Source: Patescibacteria group bacterium
Lineage (GTDB): Bacteria > Patescibacteriota > Minisyncoccia > Phycocordibacterales > SBAW01
NCBI GenBank assembly: GCA_028871115.1
Contig: JAGWOD010000001.1
Span: 4,736-68,735, forward strand
Direction: 5' to 3'
Length of the DNA stretch: 64,000 bases
A program made the translations under genes and the position numbers. Each line of letters opens with the position of its first letter. Within the stretch, counting starts at the first letter, position 1. Below are positions 48,500 through 58,408 of the stretch, piece after piece. The notes under the pieces were generated by a model. That model was not told where the DNA came from. It ran no database searches and saw nothing but the letters and a program-made list of their open reading frames with translations.

Positions 48500-49516
48500 T
48501 CACCAATCCAGTTCTCCAGTCTTGTATTCAGTAACTCTTGTCTCGAAGAAATTCTTTTCTTTCGGGAGGTCCATGATCTCGCTCATCCAAGGAAATGGAT
48601 TGTCCTTATGGTAAAAGCGTTCAAGACCGATGCGCTCAAGGCGGCGGTCAGCAACATGCTCAACGTATTGCTTTACCGATCCAGGGGTAAGGCCAAGAAT
48701 GCCACGAGGAAGAGCGTCATCTGCGTACTGCTTCTCAAGTTCGACGCCACGCTTGATGTTGTCTGTAAGCGTCTGCTTAAATTCTGGAGTCCAAATCTCA
48801 GGGTTTTCTGCAACGATGGTATTGATAAGATCTGCTCCGAAGGCTAAATGTACTGATTCATCACGCAAAATGAATTGGAATTGCTCGCCAACGCCTACCA
48901 TGCGATTTTTACGCAGCATGGAAAGCATCATCGCAAATCCGGCATAGAAGAAGATACCTTCCATAATGACGTAATAGCCAACCAAATCGTGGACAAATTT
49001 TTTGACGTTTGCTTCTCCCTCGGTGGAGAAATTAGGATCAAACACCGACTTAGTCATTTCAACAACAAAATCGTCCTTTGCTTTGATTGAAGGGATGGTG
49101 TTGTACATGTTGTAAATTTCATCGGGATTGAGACCGAGTGTATCGCAGCAATAGATGAAGGTATCAGTATGCACGGCTTCTTCATATGATTGGCGCAACA
49201 AATATTGGCGGCTTTCTGGATTCGTGACGTGGCGGTAAATAGCCAGCACAATATTGTTTGCGGTGAGCGATTCTGCGGTCGAGAAAAATCCGAGGTTCCA
49301 AAGAATCATACGACGCTCATCTTCGGAGAGTGCACCTGGTTTTTTCCACAACTCCACGTCCTGTTGCATAGAAACCTCCTCGGGTACCCAATTGTTAGCA
49401 ACTCCCTTTTTGTAGTGCGTACGCGCCCAGGGGTACTTCATGGGAAGTATCTTATTGGGATCCGTTGAGCGACCGTTGATAATTCCGCCTCGAATCTTGT
49501 CGCTTTTCTCCGCCAT
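48500..49516 (-). CDS. nrdB: Ribonucleotide reductase small subunit, class Ic (R2c, Mn/Fe) type
   Basis: FFSTAESL (Glu as first ligand), EEAVHTDTF (Phe at the radical-Tyr position), MEGIFFY, RDESVH and NFFETRVTEY. Confidence 0.93.
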   Translation of the reverse strand: MAEKSDKIRGGIINGRSTDPNKILPMKYPWARTHYKKGVANNWVPEEVSMQQDVELWKKPGALSEDERRMILWNLGFFSTAESLTANNIVLAIYRHVTNPESRQYLLRQSYEEAVHTDTFIYCCDTLGLNPDEIYNMYNTIPSIKAKDDFVVEMTKSVFDPNFSTEGEANVKKFVHDLVGYYVIMEGIFFYAGFAMMLSMLRKNRMVGVGEQFQFILRDESVHLAFGADLINTIVAENPEIWTPEFKQTLTDNIKRGVELEKQYADDALPRGILGLTPGSVKQYVEHVADRRLERIGLERFYHKDNPFPWMSEIMDLPKEKNFFETRVTEYKTGELDW

Positions 49517-49597
49517 GAAATTTGTATATTGTCTGTTAATAAAGCGTCTTCGCGTAACGCCTACCGATACTACCCTCTGTCACAATGAGCTCAAATC

Positions 49598-52500
49598 TTA
49601 CGCACTACAAGACTCGCACACCTCGCCAATTTGCTCGACACGAGTATTGGGCGCAGATGCTGTAGTGGTCGACGCAGAGAATTTCGGAATACCAGAAGCA
49701 CGAGGTTCTTCTTTAAGAGAAGTAGCACGCGGAGCTTCGTTCTTGGTTTCTATTTCGCGACGTAGTTCCTCAAGAGGAGAAAGTGTAGATGCGCGGACCG
49801 CAACTTTTTCCTCAATCGAATCTGCAAATATAGAAGAGGGAACCGATACTGCCACCGTCTCTTCCATGATGATAGCCGCCGCAGGCAGGGGAGTGATTGC
49901 AGCAGGAGAATCAGATTTTGAAGTACCTCCGAATTTTTTAAGATTAACCGTCGCTTTCTCTACGCGAGAAGCTCCAAGCGAGCGCAAATAATACGTGGTC
50001 TTGAGGCCAAGAGCCCACGCATACTGATATATTTCGGAGAGGACTTTGCCCGAAGTGCCTCCATAAAAGATGTTAAGCGACTGGCTTTGGTCTATCCAAC
50101 GGCCCCGATAGGCTGCTGCTTTAATGAGCCACTGGGACTCGATCTCGAAGGTCTCTTTATACTTCTCCCGAATTGCAGAAGGTATCTCGGCAATCTGTCG
50201 GATGGCTCCATCATAGTATTTTATCTTTTCGAGCATATCCTCATTCCAGAGTTCGAGTTTTTTCAGATCTTCAACGAGATATTCGTTAACCACCATGAAG
50301 TCACCGGCCATGTTGCTCTTCACATAGAGGTTCTTGTATATGGGCTCTATGGTTGGATAGCAACCCGCAATATTGGCAGTTGAAGCGGTGGGAGCGTTTG
50401 CCATAGTGTTGGAATTTCGCATGCCCCATTTGCGTATCGCTTCACGCACAAGACGCCAATCGAGAGTCTCGTGTCGAGGAACATCGATCTTCATTCCACG
50501 CTCCTGTTCAAGGAGCGCGATGGTGTCTTGAGGAAGGATGCCGCGATCCCATTTGGAACCTGCGTAGGTCTCATAGGTGCCGCGCTCGCGTGCAAGAAGC
50601 GAGGAAGAAAGAATGGCGTGGTACGCGATCGTTTCCATGCTCTCATCAGAGAAACGCACGGCTTCCTCAGAATCAAAATTGATATTCATGAGATAGAGAG
50701 CGTCTTGAAGGCCACGCAACCCGAGACCTACCGGACGATGCTTCATGTTGGACGCCCGTGTCTTTTGGGTTGGGTAGTAATTTATATCGATGACATTGTC
50801 GAGCATACGCATCGCGACGGGTATGACTTTTGCAATGCGTTCTCGACTCCAGACTCCCTTCTCTACAAAGCGGGCCATATTGATTGATCCGAGGTTGCAT
50901 ACTGCGGTTTCGGTGGCGGAAGAATTGAGCGTTATCTCCGTGCAGAGATTTGAAGAATGAACAACGCCTACATGATCCTGTGGCGAGCGTATGTTTGAAG
51001 GGTCTTTCCAGGTCACCCACGGATGCCCTGTTTCAAAAAGCATGGTGAGATTTTTCTTCCAGAGATCTGCTGCGCGGATGCGCTTGTGATGAGGAATAGT
51101 TCCTGCTTCCGCAGCTTTTTCATAGCGCGCGTATGCCTCTTCAAATTTTCGGCCATAGAGATCATGGAGGTCAGGCACATCGGAAGGGGAGAACAGAGTC
51201 CAATACCCATCCTCGGACAGACGCTTCATAAAAAGATCTGGTATCCATACAGCAGTATTGAGATCATGAGCTCGGCGCCGCTCGTCTCCGGTATTTTTAC
51301 GCAACTCCATGAAATCCTCGATATCGAGATGCCAGTATTCAAGATATACGGCTGCCGCACCGCGCCGTCGGCCGCTTCTATTGATGGAAATAGTTACATC
51401 ATTGGCTATTTTGAGGAACGGTATAACTCCCTGGCTTTCTACACCAGTTGTTTTAACGAGCGATCCCGTTGCACGCACGGGAGTCCAGTCGGTGCCGAGT
51501 CCTCCTGCGTATTTGAGTAGCTGAGCCCCATCGGAAAATTCGTTGAAAATCATGTTCAGATCATCAGGCACGGTGGAAAGAAAACACGATGAAAGCTGGG
51601 GCTTTACGAGGCCCGCGTGGTAGAGCGTCGGAGAAGATGGTGTGTAATACATCGACGACATTATTTCGTAGAACTCTATAGCGTGGAGTTCCCGTTCCTC
51701 TTGAGTCTTTTCGGAAAGTGCCGTTCCCATCGCCACGCGCATCCAAAAGATCTGAGGCGTCTCAAGAAGTTCTTTTGTACCGTGGACTTTCGAGAGGTAA
51801 TTTGCTTGAAGTGTCTGAAGGCCGAGGTATTTAAACTCGAGATCCCTCTCAACGACTAGAGCATCAGCCATGCGCTTCAAATTGAATGAAAGAAGTTCTT
51901 TGTCGAACTGACCAACTTCAACTCCACGTCCTATGGAGCGGATAAATGCGGCGCGATACTCTTGATCAAGTTTTTCATAATCAATGTCTCCGAGAACGCT
52001 GCGGTACATCGACTGCAGAACAAGTCGTGCCGCTACAAACGAATACGCCGGGTCTCGCTCGATGAAGGAGCGTGTCACCATGACGAGCACTTCATGAATA
52101 TCTTTGCTCTTCATGCCCTCGTACATCTCTTGTCGTACTTTCGAAATAACAGCAGGAACATCGATGTCGTGTTCGTAGCCGATTGCCGCGCGCAGAAGTG
52201 TCCGCGTAAGTTTGCTCTCACTGAAGGCCTCGCGCGCTCCGCTGCGCTTTTCTATGAGGAGTGCGTTCTCGACGATCTTCTCAGCAACTTCCTGACGCTT
52301 CTCTTCTCGGATTTTTTCGTGTTCATAGCGATAAATGATGTAGGATTTGGCAACGCCAAAGTACCCTCGTTCCATGAGGGCGTTTTCGACCAAGTCCTGT
52401 ATGTTCTCAACGGTTGGAAAGAAGGCCGTATTAGCAAATTTTCCGTCAATAAGGGTCGTAACAGCCCTGGTTATATCAAATGCATCCTTCTCATGTGCAT

Positions 52501-52606
52501 CGCCGAGCACTGCGGCGAATGCTTTTTGTACAGCGACGGTAATTTTATCCGGATGGAAGTCAACGATTGTCCCGTTGCGCTTCTTTATCTTCTGCGTAGT
52601 GGCCAT
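49598..52606 (-). CDS. nrdA: Ribonucleotide reductase large subunit with two ATP cones and a long C-terminal tail
   Basis: IKKRNG and IEKRSG ATP cones; SSCFL, SSNLCTEI, AVCNLGS, KTTYYLR; terminal CESCSA. Confidence 0.96.
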   Translation of the reverse strand: MATTQKIKKRNGTIVDFHPDKITVAVQKAFAAVLGDAHEKDAFDITRAVTTLIDGKFANTAFFPTVENIQDLVENALMERGYFGVAKSYIIYRYEHEKIREEKRQEVAEKIVENALLIEKRSGAREAFSESKLTRTLLRAAIGYEHDIDVPAVISKVRQEMYEGMKSKDIHEVLVMVTRSFIERDPAYSFVAARLVLQSMYRSVLGDIDYEKLDQEYRAAFIRSIGRGVEVGQFDKELLSFNLKRMADALVVERDLEFKYLGLQTLQANYLSKVHGTKELLETPQIFWMRVAMGTALSEKTQEERELHAIEFYEIMSSMYYTPSSPTLYHAGLVKPQLSSCFLSTVPDDLNMIFNEFSDGAQLLKYAGGLGTDWTPVRATGSLVKTTGVESQGVIPFLKIANDVTISINRSGRRRGAAAVYLEYWHLDIEDFMELRKNTGDERRRAHDLNTAVWIPDLFMKRLSEDGYWTLFSPSDVPDLHDLYGRKFEEAYARYEKAAEAGTIPHHKRIRAADLWKKNLTMLFETGHPWVTWKDPSNIRSPQDHVGVVHSSNLCTEITLNSSATETAVCNLGSINMARFVEKGVWSRERIAKVIPVAMRMLDNVIDINYYPTQKTRASNMKHRPVGLGLRGLQDALYLMNINFDSEEAVRFSDESMETIAYHAILSSSLLARERGTYETYAGSKWDRGILPQDTIALLEQERGMKIDVPRHETLDWRLVREAIRKWGMRNSNTMANAPTASTANIAGCYPTIEPIYKNLYVKSNMAGDFMVVNEYLVEDLKKLELWNEDMLEKIKYYDGAIRQIAEIPSAIREKYKETFEIESQWLIKAAAYRGRWIDQSQSLNIFYGGTSGKVLSEIYQYAWALGLKTTYYLRSLGASRVEKATVNLKKFGGTSKSDSPAAITPLPAAAIIMEETVAVSVPSSIFADSIEEKVAVRASTLSPLEELRREIETKNEAPRATSLKEEPRASGIPKFSASTTTASAPNTRVEQIGEVCESCSA

Positions 52607-52988
52607 GGTCGCCGTGAAAAGTTAGTTATTAATAAGTGCTTGCTCTCGGACTTGTTATTATACTCCTCCCACTTCCACTCGGCTCGTTTTTTTCATCATC
52701 AGGACTGTGTACAAATAACAACAGCACATTTTTTAGCCCCTCCGCAACGGGACTCGTAAAAAATGCTGCGCCCCAGGCATTTTTTGATGTATTTTTTCAT
52801 AAGTCTCAATCATTCATGATCATCAAAACATCACAATAGTCTCTAAAATGTAGGGATCATCCCACCGCCACTAATTTCCTCTACAGCTTGATTACCTCGT
52901 ATATAAAACATCCCTTTCCAATTGGTCTCTGGTATTTTTTTTATATGCGAGTATGCTGAATTCGTACTGCACTCAAGCGCACTAGGTT

Positions 52989-53528
52989 ATGCTTATCCAC
53001 CGAAGAGAGAAAGAAGATCAGAACATCTGGAATTTCTTTTTTAGCGTTCTTTTTGGGATACTTCTTGCCCTTTCGTGTTGGCAAATATACCTAACGTACG
53101 GCTTTTTCCCGCAAGGGGTGCCTGTATTTGACGCTGTACTAATGGCTCTTGCCGTGTTGCGTATCACGCGGCTTCTCGTCTATGACAAAATAACGCGCTT
53201 CGCGCGCGAGTGGTTCCTTCAAAAACGTACTGTAGTCGAGAATGGGAAGGAATTCATTGAGCTCAAAGAATTTCAGAAAGGATTCCGACATACTATCCAC
53301 GATCTTCTTCAGTGCCCGTGGTGTGTGGCCGTCTGGGCGTCACTTGTCGTTGTGTTTTGTTATTTCGAATTTACCTGGAGTTGGTATGTCATCTTCATGC
53401 TCGCTGTCGCCGGGGTAGGGTCGTTCCTTCAAGTGAGTGCGAATGCGATTGGTTGGTACGCTGAAGCGAAAAAAACTGCAACGCTCGAGATGAGACGCTC
53501 CAAGACTATTGAAACCGGACGGGAATAG
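52989..53528 (+). CDS. DUF1360-like membrane protein
   Basis: RITRLLVYDKIT...LLQCPWCVAVW pattern with TM helices. Confidence 0.75.
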   Translation: MLIHRREKEDQNIWNFFFSVLFGILLALSCWQIYLTYGFFPQGVPVFDAVLMALAVLRITRLLVYDKITRFAREWFLQKRTVVENGKEFIELKEFQKGFRHTIHDLLQCPWCVAVWASLVVVFCYFEFTWSWYVIFMLAVAGVGSFLQVSANAIGWYAEAKKTATLEMRRSKTIETGRE

Positions 53529-53985
53529 AGGCCGATTGATTCCGCGAGGGATCACCGGAAGAATTTTTATTTTCTAAAATGAGCGTGCCGGTCGCTGTTT
53601 GTGGCTGTGTGAAGTTGAGTGTTGCACTAAATGAGATAAACTTGCTGCTTGTTGAGTTCTCCTCAGCATTTGCGGACGTTTGCACAATGATATTGCCGTT
53701 TGCATCCTCGAGTATCACAGGAAACTGACCTTCTACATACCAAGAGCTCGTAGCTTCTCCATTGACTATGAGAGGGGAGCTGACCAGGTCTCCGGCATTG
53801 GGAGAAGAGATAGAAATACTCGCTTCAGCGTTTGCTCCGGAAAAAGTAGTAGTCGCAGGAAACTCTGAAGTAGTGCTAGCCATTACTCCTCCTTGGGGTA
53901 GGGGTGCGCCAGGACGCAAGACAAAGTAGGATACTCCTCCTGCGAGGATGACAAGAATGAGGATGATAAACCAGTCTTTATTCAT
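53506..53985 (-). CDS. Membrane-anchored Gmad2-like immunoglobulin-domain protein
   Basis: ISSPNAGDLVSSPLIVNGEA..WYVEGQFPVIL..F...L.F..GTLIL..N.SG. Confidence 0.75.
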   Translation of the reverse strand: MNKDWFIILILVILAGGVSYFVLRPGAPLPQGGVMASTTSEFPATTTFSGANAEASISISSPNAGDLVSSPLIVNGEATSSWYVEGQFPVILEDANGNIIVQTSANAEENSTSSKFISFSATLNFTQPQTATGTLILENKNSSGDPSRNQSASIPVRFQ

Positions 53986-54797
53986 AGCGCTTCCTTTAGG
54001 TGAGGACGCTTTTGAGTGGTAACGCTTTCATGCGTAGATAGTGCCTCTAAAATGCTCTTGATCTTTAAGGCCGTTTCAGCAACCGAAGAGACTTGGAATG
54101 TTGGTATTTCTGTTTCTTTTACCACTTCATCGTTGCCGCCAGGGTAGAGCGCATCACCAACGTAGAGCATCTCACGTATTGGGATAGCAGTAATTTGAGC
54201 GAGTTTTTGGATACCATACGCTTTGGTAATGCCTTTGCGGACAATATCGATGGTCGTCATGCCTCCGATACGGATTGTAAAATCGGGAAGAAGCGGTTGG
54301 AGTGCTTCTTGGAGAGAAGTTCGTTTGCGACGCTCAGGATCCCATTTTTCTTTTTCAGAAATGGGTGCCTGTTGTCCGAGCGCAGAGAAAGATATTTCAG
54401 AACCACGATCTTCGATTTGTTCTCCCCATGTGGTAGTGATATCTCTCTCGACCTCGGTTGAAGCGAGTGCATGAGTGAGAGCATTTCGAATCGCTTCTTT
54501 TTCTTCCGGGGAGAGTTCAAGATCATAGGAGGCATGCCAGGCGCCCTCCACGTACTGGTAGAGCTCAGATGCATTTGTTGGGAAGAGATACAACCGCTCG
54601 AGACGAGCATCGGAGGGTATGCTCGCAAGAAATTGTTTTTGAAACTGCGGATATGATCCTCCCGACATCACAGCGATGGGTAGTTTCTCAAGAAGTTTCC
54701 CGAGAAGATCACCCATGTCCTTCCCGAGTAGCTGCTTACTTTCTGCAAGCGTTCCATCCAGATCAAACGCTACAAGTTTCGGCAGTGTGCTCTTCAT
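53982..54797 (-). CDS. HAD-IIB hydrolase, phosphomannomutase-like
   Basis: FDLDGTLAESK, SGG, EDRGSEISFSALGQ, GGMTTIDI and YVGDALYPGGND. Confidence 0.82.
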   Translation of the reverse strand: MKSTLPKLVAFDLDGTLAESKQLLGKDMGDLLGKLLEKLPIAVMSGGSYPQFQKQFLASIPSDARLERLYLFPTNASELYQYVEGAWHASYDLELSPEEKEAIRNALTHALASTEVERDITTTWGEQIEDRGSEISFSALGQQAPISEKEKWDPERRKRTSLQEALQPLLPDFTIRIGGMTTIDIVRKGITKAYGIQKLAQITAIPIREMLYVGDALYPGGNDEVVKETEIPTFQVSSVAETALKIKSILEALSTHESVTTQKRPHLKEAL

Positions 54798-56722
54798 GTG
54801 AGCGTTTTTGGCGCGAGGATACTAAGCAGTCGCTTGAGTGAAAATGTTGCTACTCCTACTACGGAATCGGCTGCTCCGTAGTATACGAAGAGTGAATCTT
54901 TCTTGAGCGTCATGCCGCAGGAGAACACGACCTTGCGCACCTGACCCTCGAGCTCATAGGATTCAGTCGGTTCGAAAATGGTATCGGCGGTGCGGGCAAG
55001 AACGATCGTGGGGTTCTTTAGATCAAGGAGTGCTGCGCCCAGCCGGTAGGTACCGGTGCGAGATACGCCGTGATAGATGAGAAGCCATCCTGCTTTTGTC
55101 TTAAGTGGCGGTCCAGCGATCCCCACCTTCTCGCTGTCCCACATTCCTTTGCGTGGGGAGATGAGTTCAATGCAGCGGGAGAGGCGTTCTTTGCTGAAAT
55201 CAAGCGAATCAAGAAGATCTGCGCACACGCTGCCTGCCGTATCAACTCGATGCATCAGCATAAATTTATTCCCAATTTTCTCCGGGAACACGCACATATC
55301 CTTGTCATGGACCATATCTGGCGTCACGAGCTGGGGGGGACTCCATTTGGAAAAGCGCTGTGCTACGAAATCCTTCACCGCTATGGAGGAAAGAGCCGCA
55401 TGCCAGGGGTGTACCCCGTCGTAGGCAGTGTAGCCAAGATAAATTCGCTCACCGATTCGGGTGAGTCGGGGATCCTCACATCCTGAGTTAACTCCCGCCG
55501 CCCGTTTCATTTCAAAATCTGCCCGCGGAGCATAGGCAGGCTCCGGAAGGCGTTTAGAGATGTGCACGCCGTCCTTGCTCGAGGCATATCCGAAAGTCGA
55601 CGTATTATCATTGGACATTGCGCGATAGAGAATGTGCACGGTTCCTCCTATCTGTACCGCTGCGGGATTAAACGTCGCCTTCTTTTCCCATGAGTGGTTA
55701 GCATCGGGGCGTATGATGGGATTTTCTTTCGCGCGTATTGCGAATTTTGCTCTTCGCATAGGTATGAGGGCAGTGAGGAGGTCATTCAGTGAAAGGGAGA
55801 ATTTTGCGCAGACGGTATCAGCGGATCCGTAATAGACGTCGAGCCGGTCCTCTTCCTCAAGTAGTGCTCCGGTCGGGAAGACAATATCGGGGGTCACTCC
55901 GTAGCGCTCATAGATTTCTTCTGGAACAAGGATGGGACCCTTCGTCCGTCCAATGATAGTGCGCGGATCATCGAGATCGAGAAGCACCGCTTCGATACCG
56001 AAGACTCGCTCGCCGCCGCCGAAGTAATTTTGGATATACGAATAGATGAGAAGCCACCCATCCTTCGTGCGTATTGGCGGCGCGCCTACTTCTACGTGGT
56101 CATGGTCAGAACGCAGGGGATTGAGAGTATGCATGGAGAGATCGGCATGCCATGCTTCCCAGAATTTCTGATCCCACAGTTCTTCAAGTCGGTCGCACTG
56201 CACTATGGCGATGCGTGCTGGCGGCTCGTCGGTGTGCGCGGTGAGCACTGCTGTTATTTTGCCCCCCACGCGCTTCGGGAATAGCGCCATTGCTTTGGCA
56301 TTAAAGGGAGTTACAAGGTGCTTTTCGTCGATGTGCTCGAGATCCCTTGAGAGCGCCACTCCTATCTTGATGTTGCCCGCTCCAAATGGCACACCGCCGA
56401 GCGCAGTGTAGAAAATAATGTAGGTTCCCTCAAAATATGCGACACGAGGATCCTCACAGCCAAACCGGTCCCACTCTTCCGAGGGGGTGATCAGTTGTCG
56501 GCGTCTGCTAAATGATTCTCCATCTTGGGACTCTGCCACTCCGATCGTTGAGATGCCTGCGGGTGTCATGAGCGCATCGGGATTACCGAGCGCTCGGTAG
56601 AGAAGATACGTCGATCCTCCTTTCTTGATTGGGCAGCCATTGAAAGTCCCGCGGGCTTCCCAGGGGCGGGCATCGCTCGGCATGAGAAGCGGATTGCGGG
56701 GACTGCGGCGGGCGATAAACAT
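54794..56722 (-). CDS. Tandem two-domain GH130 glycoside phosphorylase/hydrolase
   Basis: Two beta-propeller units, each with FN, GCEDPR and YYG(S/A)AD motifs. Confidence 0.88.
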   Translation of the reverse strand: MFIARRSPRNPLLMPSDARPWEARGTFNGCPIKKGGSTYLLYRALGNPDALMTPAGISTIGVAESQDGESFSRRRQLITPSEEWDRFGCEDPRVAYFEGTYIIFYTALGGVPFGAGNIKIGVALSRDLEHIDEKHLVTPFNAKAMALFPKRVGGKITAVLTAHTDEPPARIAIVQCDRLEELWDQKFWEAWHADLSMHTLNPLRSDHDHVEVGAPPIRTKDGWLLIYSYIQNYFGGGERVFGIEAVLLDLDDPRTIIGRTKGPILVPEEIYERYGVTPDIVFPTGALLEEEDRLDVYYGSADTVCAKFSLSLNDLLTALIPMRRAKFAIRAKENPIIRPDANHSWEKKATFNPAAVQIGGTVHILYRAMSNDNTSTFGYASSKDGVHISKRLPEPAYAPRADFEMKRAAGVNSGCEDPRLTRIGERIYLGYTAYDGVHPWHAALSSIAVKDFVAQRFSKWSPPQLVTPDMVHDKDMCVFPEKIGNKFMLMHRVDTAGSVCADLLDSLDFSKERLSRCIELISPRKGMWDSEKVGIAGPPLKTKAGWLLIYHGVSRTGTYRLGAALLDLKNPTIVLARTADTIFEPTESYELEGQVRKVVFSCGMTLKKDSLFVYYGAADSVVGVATFSLKRLLSILAPKTLT

Positions 56723-56734
56723 ACGTTTGATTGA

Positions 56735-57931
56735 TTATACTGCAGGCGCGAGGACGGCATGTTCATCGTGCATAAGCGATCGCAGAAAATTCTCAAGAGG
56801 AGCGGTCGCAACATTAACGGTCTTGTCGCCTCCGCCGTAGTAGAGGAAGAGCGTCCCGTCTTTGATCACCGCGCCTGAGCCGTACACGACCCCGGGCTTC
56901 CAGTCGTTTTCATAGGGCATATCAGGAGTGAGTATAGGCTTCGAAGAGCGAAAAAGTATTTTAGTGGGCTCCTCAAGATCAAGAAGCATCGCGCCTATGT
57001 TGTATCCAATGTGCACATGGGCGGGATCCATCCCGTGATAAAAAAGAAGCCAACCACGCGAGGTTTTAAGTGGCGGGGCACCCGTGCCACGCACCCACTT
57101 ATCCCAGTGATGGGGTCGCCCTTTGGTGCGATCATAATGGCTTTCTATATATTCTCCGCGCTCAAAGCGGGAGAGATCGTCAACATATTCAACTTCGACC
57201 TCGGGGGCCACACTATGGAGAATTGCATATTTTCCATGGATCTTCTCAGGAAATAGTACCCAGTTTTTATGAATAGAGCCTGGCGGAGAGAGGGGAACGG
57301 GCTTGTTCCAGCGCCACGTCTTTGCAAGGAGCGCATCTGCATGCAGCGAGGTGAGCATCATCCGAAGACTTTCCCAGCCGTTGAAGGCCGAATAGGTCAT
57401 ATACACAACCCCTTCAATCTCGACAGCGCGCGGATCCTCGCTTCCTCCCCAGCCACCGCCTGAAGCGTAGAGCGCAGGGTTGTAGCGCAGTTCCGAACGC
57501 GCAGGGGAGGTGAATGGATTTCGAAACTTCGATAGCAAATGCTCTATGTCGGCAATAAAAACGGGGTGAGGAAGACGTTCATCAAAGTGAACTCCATCAG
57601 CGCTTGAAGCATACCCGACGCGGGAAATTCCATCCTCACCAAGCGCGCGATAAAGCAAGTGGACTCGATCGCCAACATACACCGCTGCGGGGTTGAATAC
57701 CGCCTGATTCTCCCAGGCATGTTCAGGGAGGGGTCCGAGGACGGGATTTTCTCGAGCACGAGCCAGATGGGGCGTCCGTCCCCGAAATGAGTGTCTCGCG
57801 ACATAGCCGATTGCGAAGAGAATGAGAAAAAGTATGAATCCGGCAATAACAATCCACACATTGCCTAGCGCAATGCCAGAAAGAATCACCGCCGCTGCGA
57901 CTATTTCCTCCATACCAATCTTATTGCGCAC
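56735..57931 (-). CDS. GH130-family glycosidase with N-terminal TM anchor (start 57931 or 57913)
   Basis: NPVL..WE..AVFNPAA, GSEDPR, KNWVLFPEKI and YYGGGD. Confidence 0.88.
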   Translation of the reverse strand: MRNKIGMEEIVAAAVILSGIALGNVWIVIAGFILFLILFAIGYVARHSFRGRTPHLARARENPVLGPLPEHAWENQAVFNPAAVYVGDRVHLLYRALGEDGISRVGYASSADGVHFDERLPHPVFIADIEHLLSKFRNPFTSPARSELRYNPALYASGGGWGGSEDPRAVEIEGVVYMTYSAFNGWESLRMMLTSLHADALLAKTWRWNKPVPLSPPGSIHKNWVLFPEKIHGKYAILHSVAPEVEVEYVDDLSRFERGEYIESHYDRTKGRPHHWDKWVRGTGAPPLKTSRGWLLFYHGMDPAHVHIGYNIGAMLLDLEEPTKILFRSSKPILTPDMPYENDWKPGVVYGSGAVIKDGTLFLYYGGGDKTVNVATAPLENFLRSLMHDEHAVLAPAV

Positions 57932-58290
57932 TACGTCCGTCCGTACCGGTCTTTCAGTCGAACTATGTCTTCTTCATCAAAATCTCCAAAGGAGATCTCA
58001 AGCATCCACAGATCATGCTCGAGTGCTTCTGCCCGGTGTGCGGTTCCTCGTGGAATAAAAAATTCCTTTTGGGCATGGACTTTTTGAGTGCTGTCCCCAA
58101 TAGTCACCACACCTTCTCCGCTCAGTACATGCCAGAACTCGTCTCGCTTGGCGTGTGTCTGAAGGCTCAGGGCTTCACCGCTGCGTACTGAAAGAAGTTT
58201 TACGGTTGAGGGAGTATTTAAGGTGAATTGTTCGAAAAACCCCCAAGGCCGCTCCTCTTTTTTATAAAAAGGGAGACTTTCAGTACTCAT
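57931..58290 (-). CDS. Cupin, type II mannose-6-phosphate isomerase C-terminal-like
   Basis: ERPWG, LSLQTHAKRDEFW, HR..LEISFG.FDEEDIVRLKDRYGR. Confidence 0.88.
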   Translation of the reverse strand: MSTESLPFYKKEERPWGFFEQFTLNTPSTVKLLSVRSGEALSLQTHAKRDEFWHVLSGEGVVTIGDSTQKVHAQKEFFIPRGTAHRAEALEHDLWMLEISFGDFDEEDIVRLKDRYGRT

Positions 58291-58408
58291 TAATTTCAGT
58301 ATATGCCTAGAATTTTCGCAGAACCCTAAAAAAGCCAAGAACTGTGCACAACTTATGTGCTCAAGTTGAAGTTCTCCTCAACTCAAAGAGGAAAAGTGGC
58401 AACTAATC

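Noticed and set aside
10864-52606. Inteins or introns in gyrB, dnaE, rpoBC or nrdA
   Set aside because: Conserved motifs are contiguous, lengths are normal or short, and no splice-junction signatures were seen.
26930-52759. Long antisense ORFs (e.g. 26930-27634, 29972-30802, 35654-36340, 46870-47535, 51962-52759)
   Set aside because: They are shadow frames of well-supported genes with no recognisable motifs or expression signals.
52607-52988. oriC or NrdR boxes
   Set aside because: Only mismatched DnaA-box-like words, no box cluster and no dnaA nearby. CTAAAATGTAG does not fit NrdR-box spacing.
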